Shown here: one piece after another, positions 1 through 9,351 of the stretch
Numbering within the stretch: position 1 is the stretch's first letter
Layout of the letters: each line of letters begins with the position of its first letter
Source: Oscillospiraceae bacterium
Lineage (GTDB): Bacteria; Bacillota; Clostridia; Oscillospirales; CAG-272
Direction: 5' to 3'
DNA: 64,000 nt
Assembly (NCBI GenBank): GCA_015064685.1
Contig: SVRT01000004.1
Location: forward strand, 55,883-119,882
Notes under the pieces: generated by a model
Told to the model about the DNA's origin: nothing
The model's database searches: none
The model's input: only the letters and a program-made list of their open reading frames with translations
Program-made: the position numbers and the translations under genes

Positions 1-1058
1 CGCTCCACGTTATCGGAGCCAAGACGGGATTTGACGTTGTCTCCTCAATTCTTGAGCAGATGACCGACGACGGGGCTAATCAGCACGCGGCAAGCTCGCG
101 CCTCGCAAAAATAACCGATAACGGAGACGGAACATCAACCATCCGCTATAAGTCAAGCCTCTCCGAGGTCTATTTCAGAATGGGTGCGGGTGCGAGCAAC
201 TGCATCAACTTCTCAAAGGGCGACAGAGTCTTTATGTATAACTCTAACGGTCAGCGCGTCTGCGACACTCCCGCTCTCTCGGATGCCCATCTCATAGAGG
301 AGAGCGTCGTCAGTGTCTCTGACGATAAAATGACAAGAGACGTAAAGATCAAGCTATATGAAATGGCGGTCGCGACAGAGGCGCTTAATCTTGCCTGCCT
401 TGATGGATATGACCTGAATGACGACCATTACAGAATGGACAATAAGGTGCTTGTAGATAACCTCAGCCGCAACAGCGTCGGCTATATCTACGACAACGTA
501 ACGATAAAGAATACACGCTCGCGCGGTATTCTCTTCAAGACTATGAACGTCACCGCGCAGAACTGCACATTCAAGAACCTCGCTCATACGGGATGTCTCT
601 TGTCTGTCGAATACGTATGGGGAGAAAGCACCGTCGGCTGTGACGCCGCGATAAAAAATTGTATTTTTGATAACGTGGGATATATAAACAACTACGATTA
701 TTATCTCCCCTTGTCCCCTATCTCGATCGTCGGATTTTCAAAAACCGTGTCCGAGGATACCCTGCTATATAAGAATATCCTCATTGAGGGCAACCGCTTC
801 AAAAATAATACCCACGACTACCAGATAAACGTAAACTCCGCAGAAAACGTGCGGATAATCAATAACGTCTTTGAGCCTAACCAAAAAGAAAACGATATGA
901 AGCCTAAAAAAGTCATCAATATCGATACCGCAATGAATATCGAGATCTCGGGCAATAAATATTCGCACTTCTTAAAGGATATCAAAGACGGAATCGATGC
1001 AAAGAACTATAAAAACGTCCACGGCACCGATATCACCCTCAACGACGACGTAGAATAA
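1..1058 (+). CDS. parallel beta-helix repeat protein, C-terminal portion (5' end outside window)
   Basis: The frame is open from base 3, so the ATG at 60 is internal. LHVIGAKTGFDVVSSILEQMTDDGANQHAASSRL aligns with HINGCRRGVDATSCLFESMCDDGSNQRASSSRL of ORF 1356-3731. Shared NTRSRGIL.KT, IEGNRF and VRI.NNVFE rungs. The last 14 aa are identical to the paralog. Confidence 0.75.
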   Translation, partial: LHVIGAKTGFDVVSSILEQMTDDGANQHAASSRLAKITDNGDGTSTIRYKSSLSEVYFRMGAGASNCINFSKGDRVFMYNSNGQRVCDTPALSDAHLIEESVVSVSDDKMTRDVKIKLYEMAVATEALNLACLDGYDLNDDHYRMDNKVLVDNLSRNSVGYIYDNVTIKNTRSRGILFKTMNVTAQNCTFKNLAHTGCLLSVEYVWGESTVGCDAAIKNCIFDNVGYINNYDYYLPLSPISIVGFSKTVSEDTLLYKNILIEGNRFKNNTHDYQINVNSAENVRIINNVFEPNQKENDMKPKKVINIDTAMNIEISGNKYSHFLKDIKDGIDAKNYKNVHGTDITLNDDVE

Positions 1059-1067
1059 ACTCCTTCA

Positions 1068-1323
1068 TTTCAAATTTTGATTTATCGGGGAGGCGAACAA
1101 TCCCTCAGTCACGCGCAAGGCGTGACAGCTCCCTTTACACAAGGGAGCTTTGTTGGTGGATGTTCGTACGCATTATAGATGTGAAAACCCTTTAAAATTT
1201 AAAGGAAATTTCACTATATCCGCGTTCTCCACCTTTCAGGTAAAGCTCCCTTGTGTAAAGGGAGCTGGCGCGCCTCCGTGCGCGTCTGAGGGATTGTTCG
1301 CGTTCCCGCTAAACCCCAATTTA
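1068..1323 (-). repeat. type I nested palindromic intergenic element, copy 1 (centre subtype Ia)
   Basis: Termini TTTCAAATTTTGATTTATCGG ... TAAACCCCAATTT. Arms GGCGAACAATCCCTCAG / CTGAGGGATTGTTCG. Two AGCTCCCTT-TACAC-AAGGGAGCT hairpins. Variable modules GTCACGCGCAAGGCGTGAC (left) and GGCGCGCCTCCGTGCGCGTC (right). Confidence 0.9.
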
Positions 1324-1355
1324 TAAGCCTTTTCAGCACGAACACGGAGGTAATT

Positions 1356-3731
1356 ATGAGAAACATTTTAACGAACAACGAGATAATTTTCTGTCAGGAG
1401 ATAAGCGAGGACGTTACCGTCAAAGCCACGGGCGTCATCATCCAAAACTGCAAAATAAACGGTAACATCTACCTTGAAAACGCAACCAACTGCCTTGTGG
1501 CTCAGAACGAGATAAACGGCAATATCACCGCTAAGAACACATATAACTCGGTAATTCTTCTCAATAAGGCGCAAAATATCACCGCCGAGAGCAATACAAA
1601 TCTTTACGTAGTCGAAAACACCCTCTCGGGTACGCTCGTACTTAAAGATAATAACTACCTCTTAGCAGATGCAAATGCCTCCGGAGAAACAATATCCGAA
1701 AATAACGAAAACTTCAACGGTGACAATATCACCGCCGTCAATTCCCGTCTCCCCCACGGAGCTGACCTTGACTTGCTCCCGCACGCAAATAAGGAGCTCT
1801 TTGTCGGTATGCCGAGACGCGAATCTGTCAACGCCCACGATACCGACGGTAGCGAGAGCATCGAAAAATATATCATAAACCGCGCAAAAGGCGGCACTGT
1901 CATAGTTCCCCCCGGAGCGTACGAAGCTCCCGAGCCCGTAAGACTCAATGCAGATGCATCAGGCTCGACTATCTATGCCTTCGGCGCATTTATGGAGATG
2001 CTCCCCTACGGAAACGCCTTTGTCATAACCAACGGAAATAACATCACCGTCAAAGGACTCGTCATAGGCTACGCACAACAACCTTGCGGACAGGTAACGC
2101 TTATCGAGGAGATCGATAAATACACCTTCCTCGCTCTCCCCTACGCAGGCTCGATAGACGGATTTGGCAAGACCGACACAAAATTCTTCAGCGGCGGCTT
2201 TACCGACATTTTCGCCGAGGGCATGAACTACCCCTGGGGAACGCTTGGCGGAGCGTATGATATCGAAAAGCTCGAGAACGGACTCTATAAGATCAGGATA
2301 TGGGATAGCTATCCCTTCAAGGACGACATAAAGAAGGGCACAAGACTTGCAAACCGCCTCGTCGGACCCGATAAGATATCCATCCTTATGAATTACTCGA
2401 AAAATATTCTCTTCAAGGATATCTTCTTATACTGCCATTCCGCCTGCCTCGCTGCAGTAGCAGGAGGTGCGAGCGAGAATATCCACTTCTACCGCTGGTA
2501 CAACGGAAACGAGGCGGCTCGGATCATAGACAAGGCGACCTATGACCGCTACCGCGCGATAGAAGAAAAATACGGTGTCACAGGTGAGGTCTATATCGAC
2601 TCTCTCGGCAGATACCGCGGAGGCACTCCCCTCATCTGCTCCTCCGACGCGACTCACATCAACGGATGCCGCCGCGGAGTAGATGCCACCTCCTGCCTAT
2701 TTGAGTCAATGTGCGACGACGGATCGAACCAGCGCGCGTCAAGCTCGCGCCTTGCGGGAGTCACCGATAACGGCGACGGCACAACCACACTCTACTATAA
2801 GGGTAGCGTCTCGCAGATCTATTGCCTCAACTTCTTCAACGAAAATAACCCCCGCCCCACCCCAAGCAAGTGTCAACCCATATCGAAGGGCGACAGAGTG
2901 CTTATATATACGGGAACGGGAGTCACCTTCTGCGATACCGAAGCCCTCTCTGACGAGATCGCCGTGGAGGACTACGACTTTATCATCTCCCCCGAGGGCA
3001 AAACACCTCGCCACTACTACGACACGGTAAAGAAATTCACCGTCGCAACGAGCGCGCTCAATATGGCGGCGATAGAGGGCTTTGACCTCTCGGACAACCA
3101 CTACGATATGAAAAACAAGGTGCTTGTCGACAATCTCAGCCGCAACAGCGCAGGCTTCCATTTCGATAACGTGTTGGTCAGAAATACGCGCTCTCGCGGA
3201 ATTTTGGTCAAGACCGTAGGCGCGACTGTTGAACACTGTACCTTCCAAAATCTCGGACACACGGGAGTTCTCCTCTCGGTCGAGTTCGTCTGGGGCGAGA
3301 GCTCTGTCAGCCAGGATATCACGGTCAAAAAATGTCTTTTTGATAACGTGGGCTTTATAAATAAAGGTATCGCAAACAAGACCCTTGCCCCCGTAGCGAT
3401 CAAGGGACTTTCCTCCACAGTCGACGAAAAGTCGCTCCTCTACAAGAACATCCTCATCGAGGGCAATCGCTTTATAAACAATCAAAATAACTACGCCGTA
3501 ACGGTGAACTCCGCGCAGGACGTCCGTATCGTGAACAACGTCTTTGAGGAGTCTGTCGGAGAGTCCGAGGGATACTCGAGAATGGTCATCGACGTCGAGA
3601 CCTCTATGAATGTTGAGATCTCTGATAACAAATACTCCAAATATCTCGCCAATATTGAGGACGGCATCAGCGCGAAAAACTTTAAAAATATCCACGGCAC
3701 CGATATCACCCTCAACGACGACGTAGAATAA
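1356..3731 (+). CDS. parallel beta-helix repeat protein (probable glycoside hydrolase or polysaccharide lyase fold), paralog 2
   Basis: 791-aa ORF with a GGAGG RBS upstream of the ATG. N- and C-terminal blocks of NxxIxxN / IEGNRF beta-helix rungs. No signal peptide. Paralogous to 1-1058 and 6055-8595. Confidence 0.75.
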   Translation: MRNILTNNEIIFCQEISEDVTVKATGVIIQNCKINGNIYLENATNCLVAQNEINGNITAKNTYNSVILLNKAQNITAESNTNLYVVENTLSGTLVLKDNNYLLADANASGETISENNENFNGDNITAVNSRLPHGADLDLLPHANKELFVGMPRRESVNAHDTDGSESIEKYIINRAKGGTVIVPPGAYEAPEPVRLNADASGSTIYAFGAFMEMLPYGNAFVITNGNNITVKGLVIGYAQQPCGQVTLIEEIDKYTFLALPYAGSIDGFGKTDTKFFSGGFTDIFAEGMNYPWGTLGGAYDIEKLENGLYKIRIWDSYPFKDDIKKGTRLANRLVGPDKISILMNYSKNILFKDIFLYCHSACLAAVAGGASENIHFYRWYNGNEAARIIDKATYDRYRAIEEKYGVTGEVYIDSLGRYRGGTPLICSSDATHINGCRRGVDATSCLFESMCDDGSNQRASSSRLAGVTDNGDGTTTLYYKGSVSQIYCLNFFNENNPRPTPSKCQPISKGDRVLIYTGTGVTFCDTEALSDEIAVEDYDFIISPEGKTPRHYYDTVKKFTVATSALNMAAIEGFDLSDNHYDMKNKVLVDNLSRNSAGFHFDNVLVRNTRSRGILVKTVGATVEHCTFQNLGHTGVLLSVEFVWGESSVSQDITVKKCLFDNVGFINKGIANKTLAPVAIKGLSSTVDEKSLLYKNILIEGNRFINNQNNYAVTVNSAQDVRIVNNVFEESVGESEGYSRMVIDVETSMNVEISDNKYSKYLANIEDGISAKNFKNIHGTDITLNDDVE

Positions 3732-3740
3732 ACTCCTGCA

Positions 3741-3994
3741 TTTCAAATTTTGATTTATCGGGGAGACGAACAATCCCTCAGTCACGCGCAAGGCGTGACA
3801 GCTCCCTTTACACAAGGGAGCTTTGTTGGTGGATGTTCGTACGCATTATAGATGTGAAACCCTTTTAAATTTAAAGAAAATTTCACTATATCCACGTTCT
3901 CCACCTTTCAGGTAAAGCTCCCTTGTGTAAAGGGAGCTGGCGCGCCTCCGTGCGCGTCTGAGGGATTGTTCGCCTCCCCGCTAAACCGCAATTT
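3741..3994 (-). repeat. type I nested palindromic element, copy 2 (Ia)
   Basis: Near-identical to copy 1, including both variable modules. It follows an identical gene 3' end, consistent with a tandem segmental duplication. Confidence 0.9.
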
Positions 3995-4016
3995 TCAACA
4001 CAGAGAGAAATAAAAA

Positions 4017-6038
4017 ATGATAAGATACGAAAAAATCAGCATGCCTGCGGCATCGATGGGTGAAGTAAACCCACTTGCCGACATAGGAAACATTGAATAC
4101 ATCCACGCGGGATACGAGACAACGGACAACATTTCCCCCGCCGAGCGCGAGCGCATCGGCAAGGGAATGATCCATACGATCCTTCCCTACACCATCGAGG
4201 ACAACTTCGACAGGGTAAGAAAAATTCGCGAATTTGACGCGGCGATACTTGAAAACGAGTATTTACGCGCGACCTTCATTCCCTCTCTCGGCGCGCGTCT
4301 CTGGTCGCTCTACGACAAAGAGCAAAAGCGCGAATTACTCTACGTCAATCCCGTATTCCAGCCCGCCAATTTAGCGATAAGGAACGCGTGGTTTGCGGGC
4401 GGCGTTGAGTTCAACGTCGGAATAAAGGGACACAATCCGCTGACCTGCGACCCCTATTTCTCCCGTATCGCAAGGACCGCGGACGGGCAAGAGGTATTGC
4501 AGGCTTACGAATACGAGCGCATACGCGGTCTCGTCTTCGGCATTGAGGCGTATCTTCCCGAGGGCTCGAGGGTGCTTTATATCCGCGACACCGTCGAGAA
4601 CGTAAGCGGATCTGACACCTATTCATATTGGTGGTCAAACATTGCCGTTCCCGAAACTCCCGACACGCGCGTGATAGTTCCCACTACGCGCTCCTTCCTC
4701 TCGACCTACGACGAGGGACATTACGTCCTTGACAAGGTAGATATACCCTATATCGACGACGTCGACGTAAGCAGACCGACAAATCTTCACCGCTCTCTCG
4801 ATTTCTTCTATGAGATACCCGAGGAGTCGGACGAGCGCTGGGTAGCCGCAGTTGACGGCGAGGGCTACGGCTTGGCGCAGTTTTCCACCCGAGAGATGCT
4901 CGGCAGAAAAATGTTCCTCTGGGGACAGAGCGCGGGCGGCAGAAATTGGTGCGACTTCCTCTCTGACGGCTCGTCGAGCTACATCGAGATACAGGCAGGC
5001 AGAGCCTACACTCAGCTCGAGCATATACTTATGAAAAAGGGCGAGAGGTGGAGCTTTACCGAGGGATACACGGGAATATCCTGTGACAAAGCTCGCGCTC
5101 ACTCGCAAAATTGGAGCGAGGCGATAGACGAGGCGGCGGCTAATATCCGCAAAAACCTCGGTCGCGACGACCTCGACGCGGCTCTCCGCGACGTTTTCCC
5201 CACGGATTTCGTCTCCTACGATCTTCTTTCGCTCGGATCTCCCTTCGCGTACCTCGAGGAGCTTGAGCGAGGAGAAAAGCTATCGGATAAATTCGATTTT
5301 TACAAGGAATCGGCGAGCATCCTCTCGTTCGATTTTGAAAAGCTCGTACGTGACGGTTATCTTCCCGAGAAGATGCCCGATCAGTATCCTCTCTCCTACG
5401 TTTCTGGCAAGGAATGGTACGAAAGACTCAAAAACAGCACCGCCACCCCCAACGGAGAGCATTGGTACACGTATTATCACCTCGGTGTCGTCGCGTATCA
5501 GCTGAAGCTCGTCGACGAGGCGAGGGCGTATTTTGAAAGGTCAAATTCACTTTGCGAAAACGCCTGGAGCACGCGAAATCTCGCACTCCTCAGCCTTTAT
5601 GCAAAGGACACAAAGACCGCCGCGGACAAGATGACGCGCGCGATAGCTCTCTGTCCCGATTGCCCAAATCTCTACCCCGACGCGATGAAATGCTACCTTG
5701 CCCACAAGCAGTACGATGCGGCAGTGAGCTGCTTTGATAACGCCCCCGAAAATGTACGGGCTCGCGGCAGAATGCAGCTTCTCTGCGCCGTCGCTCTTAT
5801 CTCGCTCGGCGAATACGACAAGGCGTGCGCCTACGTTAATCCCGAATTCAGGATGGACGATATGCGCGAGGGCGAGATATCACTATCCCACGTCTGGGAG
5901 GACCTATATTGCGCTATTTTGCGCGAAAAACACCCCGAAATGAGCCAAAAAGAGCTTATTTCACTCCAAAAAGAAATTTATCCCCTGCCGCGTCACCTCG
6001 ATTTCCGTATGCATGACGAGGACGAGCAAGGGCTTTAA
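4017..6038 (+). CDS. DUF5107-like protein with C-terminal TPR-like repeats
   Basis: 673 aa. ILENEYLRATFIPSLGARLWSLYDK...WFAGGVEFNVGIKGHNP matches the DUF5107 pattern as I remember it. The C-terminal half is helical-repeat-like. It lies in a glycan-utilisation context. Confidence 0.6.
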   Translation: MIRYEKISMPAASMGEVNPLADIGNIEYIHAGYETTDNISPAERERIGKGMIHTILPYTIEDNFDRVRKIREFDAAILENEYLRATFIPSLGARLWSLYDKEQKRELLYVNPVFQPANLAIRNAWFAGGVEFNVGIKGHNPLTCDPYFSRIARTADGQEVLQAYEYERIRGLVFGIEAYLPEGSRVLYIRDTVENVSGSDTYSYWWSNIAVPETPDTRVIVPTTRSFLSTYDEGHYVLDKVDIPYIDDVDVSRPTNLHRSLDFFYEIPEESDERWVAAVDGEGYGLAQFSTREMLGRKMFLWGQSAGGRNWCDFLSDGSSSYIEIQAGRAYTQLEHILMKKGERWSFTEGYTGISCDKARAHSQNWSEAIDEAAANIRKNLGRDDLDAALRDVFPTDFVSYDLLSLGSPFAYLEELERGEKLSDKFDFYKESASILSFDFEKLVRDGYLPEKMPDQYPLSYVSGKEWYERLKNSTATPNGEHWYTYYHLGVVAYQLKLVDEARAYFERSNSLCENAWSTRNLALLSLYAKDTKTAADKMTRAIALCPDCPNLYPDAMKCYLAHKQYDAAVSCFDNAPENVRARGRMQLLCAVALISLGEYDKACAYVNPEFRMDDMREGEISLSHVWEDLYCAILREKHPEMSQKELISLQKEIYPLPRHLDFRMHDEDEQGL

Positions 6039-6054
6039 GGGAAAGGATAACATT

Positions 6055-8595
6055 ATGACAACACAAGATTTTGAGAGATTGGTCGGCACTCCTCACGTCA
6101 GCGAGCCGATAGTACTTGAAAACGGTATATACGACGGACACGGCGGCGTCCTCCACGCCGACGGCGGTATCATAATCGACCGCGCAGGCTCTATCCTCCG
6201 CAACGTCACTATATACGGCAGCATCGCCGTAACGGGCAGAAACGCCGTTATCCAGAACTGTAAGATCAAGGCAGACACCTACGCGATCTTCGCCTCGGGA
6301 TGCGACGTGGTGATCAGAAACAACGAGATCGACGCGCCGAGCGCTATTATGATCGAGCCGGGCGCTCAAAACATCCTCATCGCGCAGAATAATACCCACG
6401 GAGACGTAAAAATAGACGGCGCGCTCAACTGCTCGGTCGTTCTTAATAAAGCTAACAAGATAAGCGTTGAGTCCTCCACGAGCGTCTACCTCTCGGCGAA
6501 CGATTTCGAGGGCAAGGCTACGCTGAAGAATAACGACTACCTCCTCTGCGACAACAACGCGGCAAGCGTGTTCGACGTATCTGGCAACAAAAATACCAAC
6601 GGTGACAATATAACCGACGTAAACGCGCGCGCAGAGTACGGCGCAAACGAGGATATCCTCCCCCACACCAACAAGAACCTCTTTGCAGGTATGCCAAGAA
6701 AAAAGACAGTCCTTGACGCAGACTACGACGAGATGCTCGACTTCACAGAGTACATCAAGAGAGAAGCGACCTCAAACCACATAGTCATCATTCCCCCCGG
6801 CGCATACGCGGTCGACCGCGAGATCTGGCTCGGCGCGGAATGCTCGAACTGCAAGATCTATGCCTACGGCGTATTTGCCGAGAAGACAGAGTATGCCGGC
6901 ACCTATACGGTAAGCGGTGTTGAAAACCTCGAGCTTCACGGTATCACCACGGGCTACGCTCAGCAGTCCTGCGGTCAGGTACACGTGCTTGACGTGATCG
7001 ACGATTGCACCTTCCTCGCAATCACCGCGGCGGGTATGCTCGACGATTTCGGCAAGAGCGATACCTCGCGCTTCCACGCGGGATTTGTCAATATCTTCAG
7101 GGCAGGTCATATAGAGCCCTACGGCAGCTTCGGCGGTAACTACGAGATCGAAAAGCTCGACGGTGGCGTTATGAAATTCACTATCCCCGAGAACCACGAC
7201 AAGGTCGGCAAGGTATATAAGGGAGATATCCTTACCTGCCGTATGGCGCTTCCCTTCCTCCGCTCCATCTACTTCGAGAACTGCAAGAACGTGCTTGTTA
7301 AGGACACCGTGCTGTACGGTTATTCCTCCGCGCTCGCTATAGTTATGTCGGGTGACTCTCAGAACGTGCGTATGGTAAGATGGCACGACACGGCGAAATT
7401 CTCTCCTGCGATCGAGGAGGCAACATATTCAAAATATAAGGCTCTTGAGGAAAAATACGGCGTTGATCTCGAGGTATACATCGACGACAGAGGCCGTTGG
7501 CGCGGCTCGACTCCGAGACTCAGCTCTATGGACTCATCTCACATCACAGGCTCGCGCGAGGGTCTGTCCTGTATCAGCTGCATTATGGAAAATATGTGCG
7601 ACGACGCAACCAACCAGCGAGCTTCAAGTGCGCGCCTGCACTCCCTCACCGACCTTGGCGACGGCAGGACCTCGCTGAAATACAAGCACTGCGCGACCGA
7701 GGTGTATTTCAACATCGACAGAAAGCCCACCGCGCGCGGCTCTCTCTGCCCTCCATTCAAGGCAGGCGACCATATTCTCGCCTACGCGTCGAGCGGTAGA
7801 ACGCTATGTAACACCCACACTCTCTCCGCTACCGAAAAGGTCGGCGAGCTTGAGTATACCATCACGGCTCCATCTCACTCAAAGGATTATACCGCGGATA
7901 TATTTGAGATCATAGTTCCCACGGCGGACGTTGATTTCTCTGTCATTGAGGGACTCGATCTCGAGGACAATCACTACCGACTTGACAACAAGGTATTTGT
8001 TGATAACCTTGACAGAAACAGCGCAGGCTACCTCTTCGACAACGTGCTTATGCAGAACGCGAGAGCGCGCGGCGCACTCGTCAAGACGGTCGACGCGACG
8101 GTTCGTAATTGCACCTTCAGAAATCTCCTCCACTCCGCGGTAATGTTCTCCGCAGAGCCATCCTGGGGAGAAAGCTCGGTGCCGCAAAACGTAGCTATCG
8201 AAAAGTGCCTCTTCGATCATACGGGTTATACCAACGAGGACTACGGCAACCGCCGCTATACGCCTATATCTGTCTACGGTCAGGGTACTCTGCTCGACAG
8301 AGACGCGCTTCTCTACCGTGACCTTTCTGTCCGTGAGTGCAAGTTCAAGAATATCTATACCGAGGTCTTCGTCTATATCAACGCAGCTCAGAAGGTCACT
8401 ATCGAGAATAATATCTTCGAGAGAAGCGAGAACAGCCCCTATAAGGATTCTCCCCTCATCCTCGACGTAACCCTCGCAGCAGACGTCACCTTCAAGGGTA
8501 ATACCTACCCCTGCGACGCAAAAGCCGAGGACAGAATCACAGGTCAGAGATACCAAAACGTCTCATTCGAGGGCGTATTACTCTCTAAGGATTAA
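6055..8595 (+). CDS. parallel beta-helix repeat protein, paralog 3
   Basis: The ATG at 6055 (MTTQDFERL) is preceded by AAGGGAAAGGA. The ORF-track start at 6013 would overlap the upstream gene. It aligns along its length with ORF 1356-3731 (GYAQQSCGQV, MCDDATNQRASSARL, NARARGALVKT). Confidence 0.75.
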   Translation: MTTQDFERLVGTPHVSEPIVLENGIYDGHGGVLHADGGIIIDRAGSILRNVTIYGSIAVTGRNAVIQNCKIKADTYAIFASGCDVVIRNNEIDAPSAIMIEPGAQNILIAQNNTHGDVKIDGALNCSVVLNKANKISVESSTSVYLSANDFEGKATLKNNDYLLCDNNAASVFDVSGNKNTNGDNITDVNARAEYGANEDILPHTNKNLFAGMPRKKTVLDADYDEMLDFTEYIKREATSNHIVIIPPGAYAVDREIWLGAECSNCKIYAYGVFAEKTEYAGTYTVSGVENLELHGITTGYAQQSCGQVHVLDVIDDCTFLAITAAGMLDDFGKSDTSRFHAGFVNIFRAGHIEPYGSFGGNYEIEKLDGGVMKFTIPENHDKVGKVYKGDILTCRMALPFLRSIYFENCKNVLVKDTVLYGYSSALAIVMSGDSQNVRMVRWHDTAKFSPAIEEATYSKYKALEEKYGVDLEVYIDDRGRWRGSTPRLSSMDSSHITGSREGLSCISCIMENMCDDATNQRASSARLHSLTDLGDGRTSLKYKHCATEVYFNIDRKPTARGSLCPPFKAGDHILAYASSGRTLCNTHTLSATEKVGELEYTITAPSHSKDYTADIFEIIVPTADVDFSVIEGLDLEDNHYRLDNKVFVDNLDRNSAGYLFDNVLMQNARARGALVKTVDATVRNCTFRNLLHSAVMFSAEPSWGESSVPQNVAIEKCLFDHTGYTNEDYGNRRYTPISVYGQGTLLDRDALLYRDLSVRECKFKNIYTEVFVYINAAQKVTIENNIFERSENSPYKDSPLILDVTLAADVTFKGNTYPCDAKAEDRITGQRYQNVSFEGVLLSKD

Positions 8596-8596
8596 T

Positions 8597-8849
8597 AAAT
8601 TGCGGTTTATGGGAGAGGCGAACAATCCCTCAGTCTCGCATTCGCTCGACAGCTCCCTTTACACAAGGGAGCTTTACCTCAAAGGTGAAAAACGAGGATG
8701 TAGTGACGTTTTTCCTTCAAATTAAAGGGTTTTTATGTCTACAAAGCGCACAAACATCCACCAATAAAGCTCCCTTGTGTAAAGGGAGCTGTCACGCCTT
8801 GTGCGTGACTGAGGGATTGTTCATCTCACCGATAAATCAAAATTTGAAA
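8597..8849 (+). repeat. type I nested palindromic element, copy 3 (centre intermediate between Ia and Ib)
   Basis: AAATTGCGGTTTATGGGAGAGGCGAACAATCCCTCAG ... CTGAGGGATTGTTCATCTCACCGATAAATCAAAATTTGAAA. Modules GTCTCGCATTCGCTCGAC (left) and GTCACGCCTTGTGCGTGAC (right). Confidence 0.9.
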
Positions 8850-8855
8850 GTGTAC

Positions 8856-9122
8856 AAATTGCGGTTTATCGGTGGGATAATAATTACAAACGCATTTAAA
8901 ATGTTTCACGGCTATAAGTCAAACGACACCAAATAACCGTAGGGACCGACGTCCTCGGCGGTCCGCTTCGATACGATTGTTTCTTTTCAGCCATAAGGGT
9001 TTTGTAGGCGTTTGCTTTGCGGACCGCCGAGGACGTCGGTCCCTACGGCGCAAAGCGTACCGTGGAGTAAATTTATAGCCGTGAAATTCAATTTAAACAG
9101 TTCGCTAAATCAAAATTATAAA
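8856..9122 (+). repeat. type III element: same termini, different interior
   Basis: AAATTGCGGTTTATCGG ... GCTAAATCAAAATTATAAA. The interior carries a perfect 30-bp inverted repeat, CCGTAGGGACCGACGTCCTCGGCGGTCCGC (8937-8966) / GCGGACCGCCGAGGACGTCGGTCCCTACGG (9019-9048), plus an outer IR TTTCACGGCTATAA / TTATAGCCGTGAAA. Confidence 0.85.
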
Positions 9123-9128
9123 GTGTAC

Positions 9129-9324
9129 AAATTGCGGTTTAGCGAACGGTCTACACTGTAGGGCGGGGGCTTGCTCCCGCCGTGAAAACCTTTTAAATTC
9201 AACGAAACGGCGGGAGCAAGCCCCCGCCCTACAGTGCGAAGCGTATTGAAAGTTTTTGCGGAGCTTTTTTCAAAAAGCGACACGCGTCCCCCGTCTCCCC
9301 GCACCGACAAATCAAAATTTGAAA
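9129..9324 (+). repeat. type IV element: same termini, another interior
   Basis: AAATTGCGGTTTAGCG ... CCGACAAATCAAAATTTGAAA. Perfect 28-bp IR CTGTAGGGCGGGGGCTTGCTCCCGCCGT (9156-9183) / its reverse complement (9207-9234). The right part contains GAAAGTTTTTG + GCTTTTTTCAAAAAGC, the motif also found upstream of the GRE and activase genes. Confidence 0.85.
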
Positions 9325-9351
9325 AACCACACCTGCGGGTGTGGTTTTTTT
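9325..9351. terminator. bidirectional intrinsic terminator
   Basis: AAAAA-CCACACC-TGC-GGGTGTGG-TTTTTTT. There is an A-tract on one side and a T-tract on the other. It lies immediately downstream of the minus-strand AraC gene stop at 9350. Confidence 0.8.

Noticed and set aside
2739-3815. 358-aa minus-strand ORF starting MCKGSCHALRVTEGLF
   Set aside because: It is antisense to the beta-helix gene, which has clear paralogs. Its N-terminus is merely the translation of the palindromic repeat. Similar MCKGSC... peptides arise at 8685-8936, 22128-22352 and 27784-28014 wherever the repeat occurs.
8597-9324. CRISPR array (also considered for 37274-37382)
   Set aside because: At 8.6-9.3 kb the conserved junctions are ~40 bp, but the intervening ~200-bp segments are themselves palindromes found elsewhere. 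At 37.3 kb the constant part is only 7 nt and the variable parts are hairpins. No cas genes or leader are present.
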